Of a DNA stretch of 55,717 nt, positions 35,826-49,400 are shown piece after piece; position 1 is the first letter of the stretch, and each line of letters opens with the position of its first letter. Both the position numbers and the translations under genes were made by a program. The stretch is from assembly GCA_016618085.1 (NCBI GenBank), contig JABLTG010000136.1:1-55717 (forward strand), given 5' to 3'. Under the pieces are notes generated by a model that did no database searches, was not told where the DNA came from, and was given only the letters and a program-made list of their open reading frames with translations. Origin of the DNA: Neovahlkampfia damariscottae. Lineage: Eukaryota.

Positions 35826-36814
35826 TTACAAATTTTCCATATTTAAATCTCCAAAGTCAGTAAAATACTTTTCCACTCCACCTTCGTCTTTTACAGTTTT
35901 GATATTTTTAACTAATTTACTTAAAAGTAATTCTCTTTCACTGAGTGAACTTCCACTTAAAATTAATTGTAAAAGTTGTTTTTTATCTTCAATATTCATC
36001 ATTTGATACATTGAATAACAGTCTTCAACTGGATTTACAATAACTTCCCAAGAGTCTTCAATTAATTTATCTAAATCACTTTCAAGGTCTAATGATTTAT
36101 AAGGTTGTTGTTGTTGCTGTTGTTGTTGTTGAAATTGCATTTGTAATTGTTGCTGTTGTTGAAATTGTAATTGATTGAATTGTTGCATTTGTTGATTATT
36201 TTGTAATGGTGTTAAACCTTGTAAAGGTGGTAATTTTGATGTTGGTCTTTGTTCTATTTGTTCTTCTTCTTCATCTCTTTTTCTTTTTAAACCAGGTCTA
36301 ATGATTGGTTTTTTTGCTCTAATTAAAAAAGGTGGTGAAACTGTAAAAGCTAATGTTTTTTCAGCATCTGAAACAAATAAAACTAAACGAAACTTTTTTC
36401 CTTCTTGTTTGTAACTACAAATGTTGAACTGAAAAGGTCCTAAAACACATTTTCCGTTGATAATATTACCACTGCATGGTGTGACACATGCTTTTTCATT
36501 AGGATTTGCTGCTATCTTTGTGCCATCTTTGACAAAAAGTTAAAAGGAAAAAAATAAAAAAACTTTCAAAGACTAAGTCAACGTGAGACTTGAGGTTATC
36601 AATTTTTGGTTCTATTTCAATTTCACATTGATATTTACTAAAGGTTTAATGTTAAAAAAAATAATGCTTTTTTTTACTAAGGAGCTTTGTACCAAGTGTC
36701 TGAGAATTCTTCAACAAAAATTTCTTTTTTTGTTTTACATCCCTTGAACTTTGGTGTTAAGATTGTTAAAGTTGTTGCATCTGAGACTATTTGAGTGGAC
36801 CAATTGTTCGACAT
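35826..36814 (-). CDS. Putative transcription factor with CudA/STAT-like beta-sandwich domain and polyQ (2 introns)
   Basis: Spliced ORF contains GPFQFNICSYKQEGKKFRLVLFV...VSPPFLIRAKKP, an NLS-like KRKR and a Q-rich tract. Confidence 0.5.
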
Positions 36815-36956
36815 TCTAATAACTTTCCTTCTAACCTCTTCACCTTCTACTTCTAACAGAAAAAAATTGGAAGGTTCTGATTTGACAGGCTATTAATAGA
36901 TAACCAATTAGAAAGCTTCTATTTTAAAAAAATGGAAATATGGGAAATTGGAAAAT

Positions 36957-38961
36957 TTATGCCAAAATATCAAATAATTTTGAGGAAGCAATTACAACAT
37001 CTCCTTTTGCCATATATTTTGCAATATACTTTTGTCCAACTTTGAAATAATTATCAACTGGAAGAACAATCACTCCTGTTTTCAAGCATGAAGAATTCGA
37101 TTTATACTTCACATATGAATCAGATTTTTCCATATAAACAGCAATATAATCAGATTGTGTGATAATATGACTTGACATATTCCAAAAGATGTTAATTTCT
37201 TCACCAATTTTATACATGAGAGGATCAACAACAATTGATAATGGAAGTAAACTTTTTCTTGGTTTTAAAAGTTTTGGAAGTAAAACCCATTGTGTTTTTG
37301 TTGAAGAAGGTGTTTTGAAATCAAATTTTAAACCATACATTTTTCCATTTTCATCAACCAATGCGTAAGTAACAACTTCATTTTTACGACCATCAACTTT
37401 GCTCCAATCTTTCATTAAAAACACTTTTTCATCTGCATCTAATGCATTAAAACCAATAGATTTAATATCAGAAGGGTTGAGACTGTAGGTATATCCATTA
37501 CTAAATTTAACATGAAGAATATTTTCTTTTTTATAAACTGCTGCATAGTTTCTAGTTCCATCAATAGTGTTGTCACAATAAATAAATTGACAAGATGCTT
37601 TTACATCTTTTTCAACATCTTCTTTAGTCTTCCAAGCAACAGGTTTATTTTTTAGTACACATAAATGTTCAATAACGTTAAAATTTGAATTTGTGAGGCA
37701 AACTTTAACATGAAGTGGTTTTGGGAAATATGAACTAAGTCTACCTCTTGAGTAATAATCATATCCAATATCACCTTCTGTTAAGATACTGATATCTAAG
37801 TTTAATTTATATTTTTGTAATTTTTCAATTTCAAAAGCAGTTGATTTCTCATTCCAAATGATATTACCATTTTGAATTTCACCCAAACGTGCATTACATA
37901 AAATCCATTCACCCAAACGATTTTTCCAAAAAACTTCAGTTTTCATGATTTTGTAAACATCTCCTAACTTATTTTCAATGATAATATTTTTGATGGTGAA
38001 ATAACTGTTGAATTTTCCTTCACCATTTTTCCAAGAATCTTGATTCATAATGAGATTATCTTTGAGATTCCAACTAATTTCAATTCCACTTCTTTCATAA
38101 ATACTATCATTTGTTTTCATTGTAATTGCTGGTGATGCAATTTCATCATTTCTAGTCCCTCTGAAAGATCTATTTGATAAATCAACTTCTTCATCATTTT
38201 CATTATCAGGTCCATTTGCTATAGATTTTGGCATTTCATAAGTAGATTCATCTTCATCATCATCAGAATCATCAGAACCTTTGATATGAACTACTTCACT
38301 GAATAGTAATTGACCTGTTTTTGAAAGACCAACATGGATTATATCAACCCATTCAACTCTTTCAGATGCTGTTTTGACATGTAACTCAACTCCTTTTATT
38401 TCTTTTTTCTCATTGGTTGAATATCTAGCTTCAATGTACCATTTTCCACTTTTTTCATCTTGCATGGACCCGATAACATTTGATTCAGTTAAAATACAAC
38501 TTCCAGTAAATTTTTTTGCATCTAAAACATGCACTTCTTTTGAGTAATTGTTCACTGAGAATTTAACGTATAACTAAAAAAGTTAAGTTTTTTTTTGAAG
38601 GATATACCTTGTTATATTGATGTTTTCCAATTCCAATACCTTTTGATAATTTATCTTTCAAATCTTCTCTGGTGATTTTATGCCATTCTGTGACACAAAG
38701 AGGTGCGTTTTTTTTGAAGAATTCTGGGATGGTCGTGATTTTAATAACATCACCATTTTGAATAATGTCTTCTGTTAAATCATCCATGTTCAAGATAAAA
38801 TCATCAACTGTTGTTAGTTCAAGGATTTTGAATTCTTGAACCCCGTACTCAGACATGTACTTGGTTTTGATGAGTTCAGACAACTTTTGGATAGTTAATT
38901 TATTTGTTGATTTGAAAGGAACAATGAATCTTTGTTTGTCATAAATCACTTTGACGTGCAT
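36957..38961 (-). CDS. Hypothetical protein with N-terminal ubiquitin-like/PB1-like domain and C-terminal SKICH-like Ig domain (1 intron)
   Basis: MHVKV...RFIVP...TIQKL...LNMDDL..DII..GD; C-terminus Y.IGEEI.IFW...SDYIAVY...Y.AKY. Confidence 0.55.
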
Positions 38962-39153
38962 GTTTGCTCACTTCAAAAATTGAAGAAGTTTTAGAAGGTA
39001 TAAAAAAGAATGATTGGTCTTTCAGTTTATCCCAATTAATGGAAAAAGAAAAAATGATAAATTTAAATTAAATGTTGAATTGAATCCCATGTTAAATTGT
39101 TAAAGTTTCTAATTTGGTTTGATTGGTCGATTCATCCAAATTGACTTGTTTCG

Positions 39154-40418
39154 ATGAGCGAGACATCAAGCTTGAAAAATGAATACAATAATATGAATGA
39201 TTTTCAAAGTGCAAATGAAGATCATTATCATCAACAAGGTGAAATGCCAAAATCACAAGTACATGCTTTACTTTTGTATTCAAAAAAATGATATATAACT
39301 TTCTTTAAGTTTTATTCTTGGATTTGCTGGTTGTCCATGCTTTTATTTAGGAAATTGTCAATATTTAAAATCTCAAGATAAACCTACAAAACTACTTGCA
39401 TGGTTTTCCATGTTTTGTTGTGGATGTGTTATTCTTATCCCTTGTTTATCAATTACTGGATCAATTTTAGGAAATTTAGTGACAATATTATTTGGAATTT
39501 TCACACCGAAATCGTATCAATTTGTTGTTATTGGAGATTGGGTAAAATATTCAATATTTTTTTTTCACACAATTTCTTTATTAGGGTGACGGAAGTATAC
39601 AACAAAAAAATGTTGCTGAGACGATGAAATTACAACAACGATGGAGAAATTTTGATTTTATTGTTTCTTTAGGAGACCATTTCTACTGGAGAGGTGTCGA
39701 TAACACTTCTGATCCATTATTTAAATTATACTATGAAGATATGTATCGTGGTCCTGGATCAAATTTGAATCATTTAGATTGGTATTGTGTCTTAGGAAAT
39801 CATGACTGGATTAAAAATCCTTTTGCTCAAATTGAGTATAACAAAATAAATCCAAAATGGAATTTACAAATGAACTATACCAAAGAAATCACCTTTTCAG
39901 GTAATAAAAAAGCTCAAATGATATTTATGGAAACATCAAGATATTTTCAATTGGAAAGAGATAGGGTTCCAAAAATTAGAAATTTTTCATCAATTGAAAT
40001 GACAAATTGGTTAAGACAAACTTTGGAAGAAGGTGATGGAAAATATCAATGGCGTTTCGTCTATGGTCATTATCCATTTTATTCATCTGGGCATTATGGT
40101 GATGTTGGTCATCGAAACATGACAGAAGTTGAAGATTTATTTGTCAAACATAAAGTTGATGCTTATTTCTGTGGTCATCAACATATTCTTCAACACCTTG
40201 AAGTACCATACAAAGATCATAAAATACAATACTTTATATCAGGAGCAGGTGGTCAAACTATTTCAAATGATATTAGAAACCCAAATCATACTTATAGTCT
40301 ATTTGCGAGAGGAAAAGAAGAAGGTTTCATGATTCATCACTTAACTGAGAAAGCTTCAACTGTTGAAGTTATTGGAAAAGGAGGAAAAGTTATCCATACT
40401 AGTTTAATAAAAAAATGA
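39154..40418 (+). CDS. Purple/tartrate-resistant acid phosphatase-like metallophosphoesterase with N-terminal TM segments (2 introns)
   Basis: VIGDW|G, LGDHFY, LGNHD, YGHYP and CGHQH motifs. Confidence 0.88.
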
Positions 40419-40421
40419 TTA

Positions 40422-43400
40422 TTAGAAATCTGCAAGTTCTTTTTGTTGTAGTGATCTGGTAGTTTCATAATTCATGAATGTATTGGTCAAAATAAATCGA
40501 CTCCAAGTATCTGAAATATTCACTTTTAAAGTCTTTTCAACGGCTTCAAAAGTAAACTCATCATATTCACATTTTTCATCATTGATTTTGTTAAATATCT
40601 CTTTGCAAGTTTTTCCATCAATGTTGATTTCCAAAGGTGAATATTCACCATTGAGATAAATATGATAAATATCAAAAGCAAGGTCTCTTTTCTGTTTTGT
40701 TTTGGATTTCTTAAACTGTCCAATTGAACGATATGCTAATACATTCTCTTGTGACCATTCAGTTTTGGAAAATTCAAGAAACAAATCAAAGAATTCTGGT
40801 TGATTGAAATACTTATCCAAATCGCTGATGTTATAATTAAATTTCGGTTTTCTGAAGTTTTTGAAAAATTTGATGACTAAAAGAATCAAAACAACAATTA
40901 GAGGTAATAGTGCCTGATAGAAAGCAAATGCGTAAGTAATGCTACTCCTTCCAATGGTTGAAAAGAATTTCCCAAAATAAAAATAATATGCATTCTCAGT
41001 TCCAAAAATCAATACGTTTAAATTGATTATTTCGAAAAAGAAATAACAACCAAAAATAATGAATGCAATAATTTGTTCCAATCTGAAGAAATATGGATCA
41101 CTTTTTATCCAATAATCAATAGTTTGATCTTTCAACAATTTTAAAAATCCACATTTTGAAGAACAGCAACGTTTTTTCAATAAATTTATAAAATTGATGA
41201 TGTTTGAGATAATGTCTACCATTCCAATGATACATAGTAGCAATCCAAATATGACATTGATCAACAAATGCAAAGCATAAATTCCCAATGACTTGGAAGT
41301 TGAACAACTTAAAAATGAAGGAATAGCAGCTATAATTGTAAAATCCACAACAGTTGATATTATCCAGAATACTGAAACAATGATGAATGAAATTTTTGGC
41401 GAAACTATAAATTTGACCAATAAAAACAACTTCAAATAAAGTGATTTCTTTTTTCCGTCGCTTGACACATACTCTTTTTGTTTGTTCATGTTGATCAAAA
41501 GAACATATCGCAAATAATTCAAAGGCATTATTAAAAAAATGACTGATAAGAAATTCTCATAAAAGAATAATTGCAAAAAGCATGAATATTTTGATCTCCA
41601 TTCCAAGTCAAAAAAGAAATGTCGGATTGATGAAAAAGTAGCTCCATATTGAGAAAACAGTGCAATATAAGGCACTAGACCACGTGATTTAAGTGGTTGA
41701 TAATCTCTAAAACATACAATCAAAAATAATATGACAACATAAACTCCCATTTCTATGATCCAAAAATCTTCAGAAGAATCAGCGATTCTATTTGAAAAAC
41801 CAGAAAGTACAAAAGTATCACAAATTGTTTTGGCACTTGATATATTGAAATAACGTGTAGTGACAAATTCATGATTTGGAAATGAATAATTTACATTTGG
41901 TGATTCACTTCCACAAACAATCGAAATATAATCATAATTCTTAATCAATTCACCATCAACCTTGATAGTATACTTTTGTTTTTCTTGAAATCGAAATTCT
42001 GATTCATCTTTTTCTGTTGGCATCAACAACCCAATGGTTGGAATGGTCAATAAAGATTTTGTTTTGTGGTTTTTGATTTCTCCAATTTTCATTGTTTTTC
42101 CATCTAAAGTATACCATGCAACTGATAAAAACATAGAAGTAGCAATTCCTCCTTTTTGATGAAATGCAACACCACTCCAACCTGATGTTGTACAAACACT
42201 TGGTTCAAGAACAAGGGATTGATCTAAAATATTAGTCGAATTGGAAATTACCTGAACGATAATAAGTGATGTAATTATTTCCAAAAGCAGCACATGACTT
42301 TTCAACTGGAGGTAGGATCGTAGCATTTTGACATTTAATTCCAGAGAATCCTTCTTTACACATGCAACGATCAAAACCTGAACAAACACCATTTGAGGAA
42401 CATACATGAGGATCTGTTGAATTGAAACCAAAACAACTTGTTTGTTCACATTGTAATCCAAAGAAACCTGTGAAACAAGTGCAATTATCAGGTTTAATAC
42501 AAGTTCCTTTTCCAGAACAACGTTTTGGATTTCCAATGGATTCATCAAAGCAATCAAAATACTCACATTCATTTCCATAATAACCATTATTGCAAGTGCA
42601 ATTATTGCTTGATGAACAAATACCATTTGAAGAGCACACAATTGTGTCATTTGGAATTTTTCCAAAACACAAAAATGTTTCTTTTAATTCACAGATTTTT
42701 CCTGTGAATCCTGAATTACATTGGCATTGATCATTCAAAATACATTTTCCTCTTCCACTACAAACATATGGGTCTTTGGATGAAATATTTGAACACATAA
42801 TTGGAGAACTTTGACAAGTAATTCCAGAAAATCCAACTTTGCATGTACAGTTATTGAGAGTGGAACAATTTCCGTTTCCATTACAAACTTTTGAATTTGT
42901 TGAATTGATTCCATAGCACTCAGTAAATTCACAATTAATTCCAGAATACCCAGAAATGCATGTACATACATTTAATTGTTCACATGATCCATGTGATGAG
43001 CAAACATTTGAAGTGGAAGAATTGATTCCAAAGCAATTCGAAAATTCGCAAATATTTCCGCTGTAACCTGGAATACAAGAGCATAAATCCAATGAAGAGC
43101 ATGATCCTCTTCCAGAACATACTTTAATGTCTGAAGAGTTTAGTCCAAAACAAGTTGAAAATTCACATTTCTCTCCAGAGTATCCAGAGTTACAGGAACA
43201 GTTGTTCAAACCAACACAAGTGCCTTTTCCTGAACATGCAGAATATTCTGTTGAGTTAAATCCAAAACATTCAGAAAATTCACAAATGTTTCCTGAGTAC
43301 CCATTGTTGCATGTACAATTATCCGGTTCATTACAAATTCCAAATCCAGAACAGACAGATGAATCACTTGAATTTAAACCATAACAAGTTGAATATTCAC

Positions 43401-46400
43401 ATTCATTTCCTGAATAACCCACTGAACAAGTACAATTATTAAAAGAATTACAAATTCCATGACCAGAGCACACTTGAGAGTTGGTAGAATTAATTCCAAA
43501 ACATTTTGTGAATTCACAATAGATACCAAAATAACCATTTTCACAAGTACAATTGTTGAAAGTTTCACAACTTCCTTTTCCAGAGCATACAGTTTGATTT
43601 GTTTCATTAATTCCATTGCAAGTTGAAAACTCGCATTGCATTCCAGTGTGATTAATATTACAAGAACAGTTGTTGAAGTCCACACAATTTCCTTGTCCAG
43701 AACAAACTTTTACATTTGTAGAGTTAGTTCCATAACATTGAGTAAATTCACATTGATTCCCTGAATATCCAGAATTACAAGTACAATTATTCAATTTAAA
43801 ACATGATCCATGAGAAGAACAAACATTTGAATTTGTAGAATTAATTCCAAAACAATTTGTAAATTCACATTCATTTCCATTATATCCAGAATTACAAGTA
43901 CAATTATCAAATAAAGAACAAATTCCTTCATTTGAACAAACACTTGAATTTGTTGAATTAATTCCAAAACAATTTGTAAATTCACATTCATTTCCATAAT
44001 ACCCAGGAACGCATGTACAGTTGTCATGAAAAAAACACCAACCTCTCCCAGAGCAAACATTTACGTTTGTAGAGTTAGTTCCATAACATTGAGTAAATTC
44101 ACATTGATTCCCTGAATATCCAGAATTACAAGTACAATTATTCAATTTAAAACATGATCCATGAGAAGAACAAACATTTGAATTTGTAGAATTAATTCCA
44201 AAACAATTTGTAAATTCACATTCATTTCCATTATATCCAGAATTACAAGTACAATTATCAAATAAAGAACAAATTCCTTCATTTGAACAAACACTTGAAT
44301 TTGTTGAATTAGTTCCAAAACAATTTGTAAATTGACATTCATTTCCAAAATAATTAATATCACAAGTACATTTGTTTAATGAAGAACATGTTCCATGAGA
44401 TGAACAAACATTGGTTAAATTTGATCCAATTCCAAAACATTCAGTAAATTGACATTCATTTCCAGTATGACCAGTGTTGCAAGTACAAGAATCTTTGTGG
44501 TTACATTGACCATTACCGGAGCATACATTTGGATTTGTGGAATTCAATCCATAACAAATTGTTGTTCCACATTCATCACCAGAAAATTGAGAAGAACAAA
44601 GACAAGTATCATGTTTGACACATAATCCTCTCCCAGAACAAATGGATGAATCAGAGACGTTTTTTCCATAACAAAGAAAATTTGATTGAAGAACATGTGA
44701 TGAATAAACACCAGCAGCTACATCGACTATTCCTTTCAAAGATTTTAATACTTGAACTGGGGAGTAGTGAAATGTTGGAGATGATGATCCAGTTCCTAAA
44801 TTGCCATACGAGTTATCTCCAAATCCATAAAGTTCTCCTGTAGATTTTAAAATGAATGAACACTGATATCCAGCAACTATTTTAAAGATATTTGAGTTTT
44901 CTGTTGGTAAAGACTGTGGAATGTTTTTGTTCCCACTACTACCATCTCCAAGCTCACCATATCCATTTTTCCCAAAGAGAAAAACACTTCCGTTTGAATT
45001 AAGAATCATAGAATGATAACCTCCAACACTAATAGAAACAATATCGTGATTGTTTGAAAATAATGGAACAGGAAGATTTCTGTTGTCATTAGTTCCATCG
45101 CCTAATTGACCATAAGTGTTGTATCCAAAACTGAAGACAGTACTATTTTGAAGTAAAACTAAAGAGTGAGATCTTCCAGCGGCTATTTTTGAAACGTTTG
45201 ATAAACTCAATATCTTAACGGGGATATTTATAGCAGCAAAATGACCAATTCCTAATTGACCGTGGCCATTGTCACCAACAGAGAAAACATCAAAGTTAGA
45301 TTTTAACACTAAAGAATGATAATCTCCAGCTGAAACATCAATGGAATCATTTTGAAAATATTCAAAGGTGGATGATGCAATGTTTGAGCCAACACCAAGT
45401 TGACCATAACCATTATTTCCAGCTGAAAATGCATTATTATCCCGATTGACCAATAATGAATGATATACACCTGATGAAATGGATTGGATATTCATATTTC
45501 TAGAAAATGTTGTTGCAAATCTTGGATTTGTTGTTTTGTTAGTCCCAGCCATTCCATAGCCATTGTATCCAGTCACGAAACCTCTTGAAAAGTTCTTAAT
45601 AATAAATAAAGTTCCCCAATAATTGTAAATTCTTTCAATCAAATGATTTTGATTTAATAATTTAGTTGGAGTCATCCTTGGTGATGCTGTACCATCTCCA
45701 AATTCACCATACTGTTTTTGTTAAAATAAATGAAAACAAACCAAATTTCCTCCAAAACTATACAAAATGTTATCTTCAGTGGTATTGTAATAAATTTCAC
45801 ATTGATAACCATCGAAACCATCTTTGCATGTACAAGTATCAGATTTGTTACATTCACCGTTTCCTGAACACACAAGAGGATCTGATGAATTCAATCCATA
45901 ACAGTCCGTAAATTCACATTCATTTCCATAATACCCAGGAACGCATGTACAGTTGTCATGAAAAAAACACCAACCTCTCCCAGAGCAAACATTTACGTTT
46001 GTAGAGTTAGTTCCATAACATTGAGTAAATTCACATTGATTCCCTGAATATCCAGAATTACAAGTACAATTATTCAATTTAAAACATGATCCATGAGAAG
46101 AACAAACATTTGAATTTGTAGAATTAATTCCAAAACAATTTGTAAATTCACATTCATTTCCATTATATCCAGAATTACAAGTACAATTATCAAATAAAGA
46201 ACAAATTCCTTCATTTGAACAAACACTTGAATTTGTTGAATTAATTCCAAAACAATTTGTAAATTGACATTCATTTCCAAAATAATTAATATCACAAGTA
46301 CAGTTGTTTAATGAAGAACATGTTCCATGAGATGAACAAACATTGGTTAAATTTGATCCAATTCCAAAACATTCAGTAAATTGACATTCATTTCCAGTAT

Positions 46401-49400
46401 GACCAGAATTACATGAACAACTATTTGGTGAAATACAAGTTCCATTTCCTGAACAAACATTTGATTCAGTTGAATTGATTCCAAAACAATCATAAAATTC
46501 ACATTCATTTCCATAAAAACCATTTGGACATTGACAAACATCATGTTCAATACATAATCCCCTTTCTGAACAAATGGATGAATCAGATACATTTTTTCCA
46601 TAACAATTGTGATTCGTTTGTAAAATAAAAGTTGAGGAATGTCCACCAACAACATCAATAATCCCAGGAACAGAAGCTGCAACTTGAATCGGTGTGAGAT
46701 GTGCACTAGGTGTTGCTGAACCAGTTCCCAATCCTGCATAAGAATTGTATCCGAATCCATAGAGTTTCCCATTTGATGAAAGTGCAAAAGAAAGATATGA
46801 TCCAGCATTAATTTTTACAATAGTATTATTTTGAATTTGAACAGGAGATGGGCGATTTTGGTTGTCACTATGACCCAATCCCAATTGCCCATAATTATTT
46901 AATCCAAAAGTAAAAACTTGTCCGTTTGATTTTAAAGCTATTGCATGATGGATTCCAACACTTATTGAAATAAAATCTGTATTATTGTTGTACAGTGGAA
47001 CAGGTAAACTACTATCTGAAGTAGTTCCATCACCCAATTGTCCATAAATGTTGGATCCAAATGAATAAATAGTACCATTTTTTAACAATACCACAGAATG
47101 ATGAAGTCCTGCACATACTTTGGTAACGTTAGATAAACTGAAAATCTTGACAAAGTTGTACTGATGGGCTGTGTTTCCAATTCCTAATTGACCATTTCCA
47201 TTGTAACCTACTGAATATGCTTCGTAGTTTGATTTCAAAATCAACGAATGGTAATTTCCTGCAGCAGCGTCAATGGATGAATGTGCAATTAATTTGAATG
47301 TTTTTGAATCTACAGTCGTTCCTAATCCAAGTTGAGCATTCTCATTTCGTCCTGTTGCAAAAACAGATCCGTTAGAACTGACCAGGAGAGTATGTCTATG
47401 TCCCACTGTAATAGTTTTAATATTAAAATTCTGTGTAAAGGTGGTAGCTCTGTTGACATTTGTGATAGCATTATTTCCAATTTGACCATGTTCATTGTAT
47501 CCAGTGGCAAATCCTTTACTGAAATTCTTTACATAGAAAAATGTATCATGAAATCCAAAAATTTTTTCAATCAAATAATTTTCTGTTGACAAAGGTAATG
47601 GTTGTAGCCTTTGAGTAGTTGTTCCATCACCAAGCTCTCCATACTATTTAAAAAAGTTTAATAAAAAAATAAAATTTCACCAAATTTCCTCCAAATCCAT
47701 AAACTTTGTTGTTCTCTGTATTGTTGTAGAAAAACTCACAAAGATATCCATCGAATCCAGGAATACAAGTACAAGTATCTGTAAACCCGCAATCTCCATG
47801 ACCAGAGCAAACCATAGGATCTGATGAGTTCAGTCCATAGCAATTTGATAATTCACAGTTATTTCCAAAATAGTTTGATATTGTACAAGTACAATTGTTC
47901 AAAGATAAACAAATCCCTCTTCCAGAACAAACATTTGTGTCAGTAGAATTAACTCCAAAACATTGTGGAATTTCGCAAATATTTCCTGAATATCCTTCAA
48001 TACATGTACAGTTATTGAAGTTACTACAGGATCCATGAGAAGAGCACACACTTGAATTTGTTGAATTAATTCCAAAACAACTTGCAAATTCACATTCATT
48101 CCCACTATAACCTGTATTACACGAACAAATATCGTAGTTTGTGCAGTTTCCTTCATTTGAACAAACACTTGAATTTGTTGAATTAATTCCAAAACAATTT
48201 GTAAATTCACATTCATTTCCAAAATAATTAATATCACAAGTACAGTTGTTTAATGAAGAACATGTTCCATGAGATGAACAAACATTGGTTAAATTTGATC
48301 CAATTCCAAAACATTCAGTAAATTGACATTCATTTCCAGTATGACCAGAATTACATGAACAACTATTTGGTGAAATACAAGTTCCATTTCCTGAACAAAC
48401 ATTTGATTCAGTTGAATTGATTCCAAAACAATCATAAAATTCACATTCATTTCCATAAAAACCATTTGGACATTGACAAACATCATGTTCAATACATAAT
48501 CCTNNNNNNNNNNNNNNNNNNNNNNNNNNNNNNNNNNNNNNNNNNNNNNNNNNNNNNNNNNNNNNNNNNNNNNNNNNNNNNNNNNNNNNNNNNNNNNNNN
48601 NNTACAAGTTCCATTTCCTGAACAAACATTTGATTCAGTTGAATTGATTCCAAAACAATCATAAAATTCACATTCATTTCCATAAAAACCATTTGGACAT
48701 TGACAAACATCATGTTCAATACATAATCCTCTTTCTGAACAAATGGATGAATCAGATACATTTTTTCCATAACAATTGTGATTCGTTTGTAAAATAAAAG
48801 TTGAGGAATGTCCACCAACAACATCAATAATCCCAGGAATTGAAGTTACACCTTGGATTGGTGTCAATTGGGAGTTTGGTGTTGCGGAACCAGTTCCTAA
48901 ATTTCCATATACATTGTATCCAAATCCGAATAGTTTTCCATTTGATGTTAGCATGAAAGAATTCATATATCCAGCATTAATCTTGATAATGTAGCCCATA
49001 GACGTCACTAATTTTGGTTTACCTACAGGGTTAGTATCACCACATCCTAATTGTCCATAGTCATTTCTACCAAAAACAAAAACATTTCCATTTGCGTTTA
49101 GGATCATTGAATGAAATCCACCAAGACAAATCGAAATAATATTTATATTATTCGATACCAAAGGAACAGGAAGACTCCTGTGGGTAATTGTTCCATCTCC
49201 TAATTGTCCGTATGTATTATATCCAAAACTAAAAGCTGTACCATTTTGAAGTAACACTAAAGAATGAAAACCTCCAGCAGCTATTTTTGAAACATTTGAT
49301 AAACTAAATATTTTAATTGGAGTTGTAAGTTGATTCAAATTTCCTGTTCCTAATTGTCCATACCCATTATCTCCAACGCAAAAGACATCAAAGTTAGATT

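Noticed and set aside
42260..42665. N-terminal part of the 747-aa ORF (MEKFQMTQLCAL...) and similar MILIILEMNVNL ORFs
   Set aside because: These are off-frame shadows of the EGF repeats; the true frame switches at intron 42224-42251.
48376..48730. Apparent extra tandem duplication and frameshift around the N run
   Set aside because: The flanks overlap across the scaffold gap, which is most simply an assembly artefact.
42300..48840. Regular ~117-bp periodic repeats that could be mistaken for a CRISPR array or satellite
   Set aside because: They are in-frame EGF-like coding repeats, with no constant repeat and unique spacer structure.
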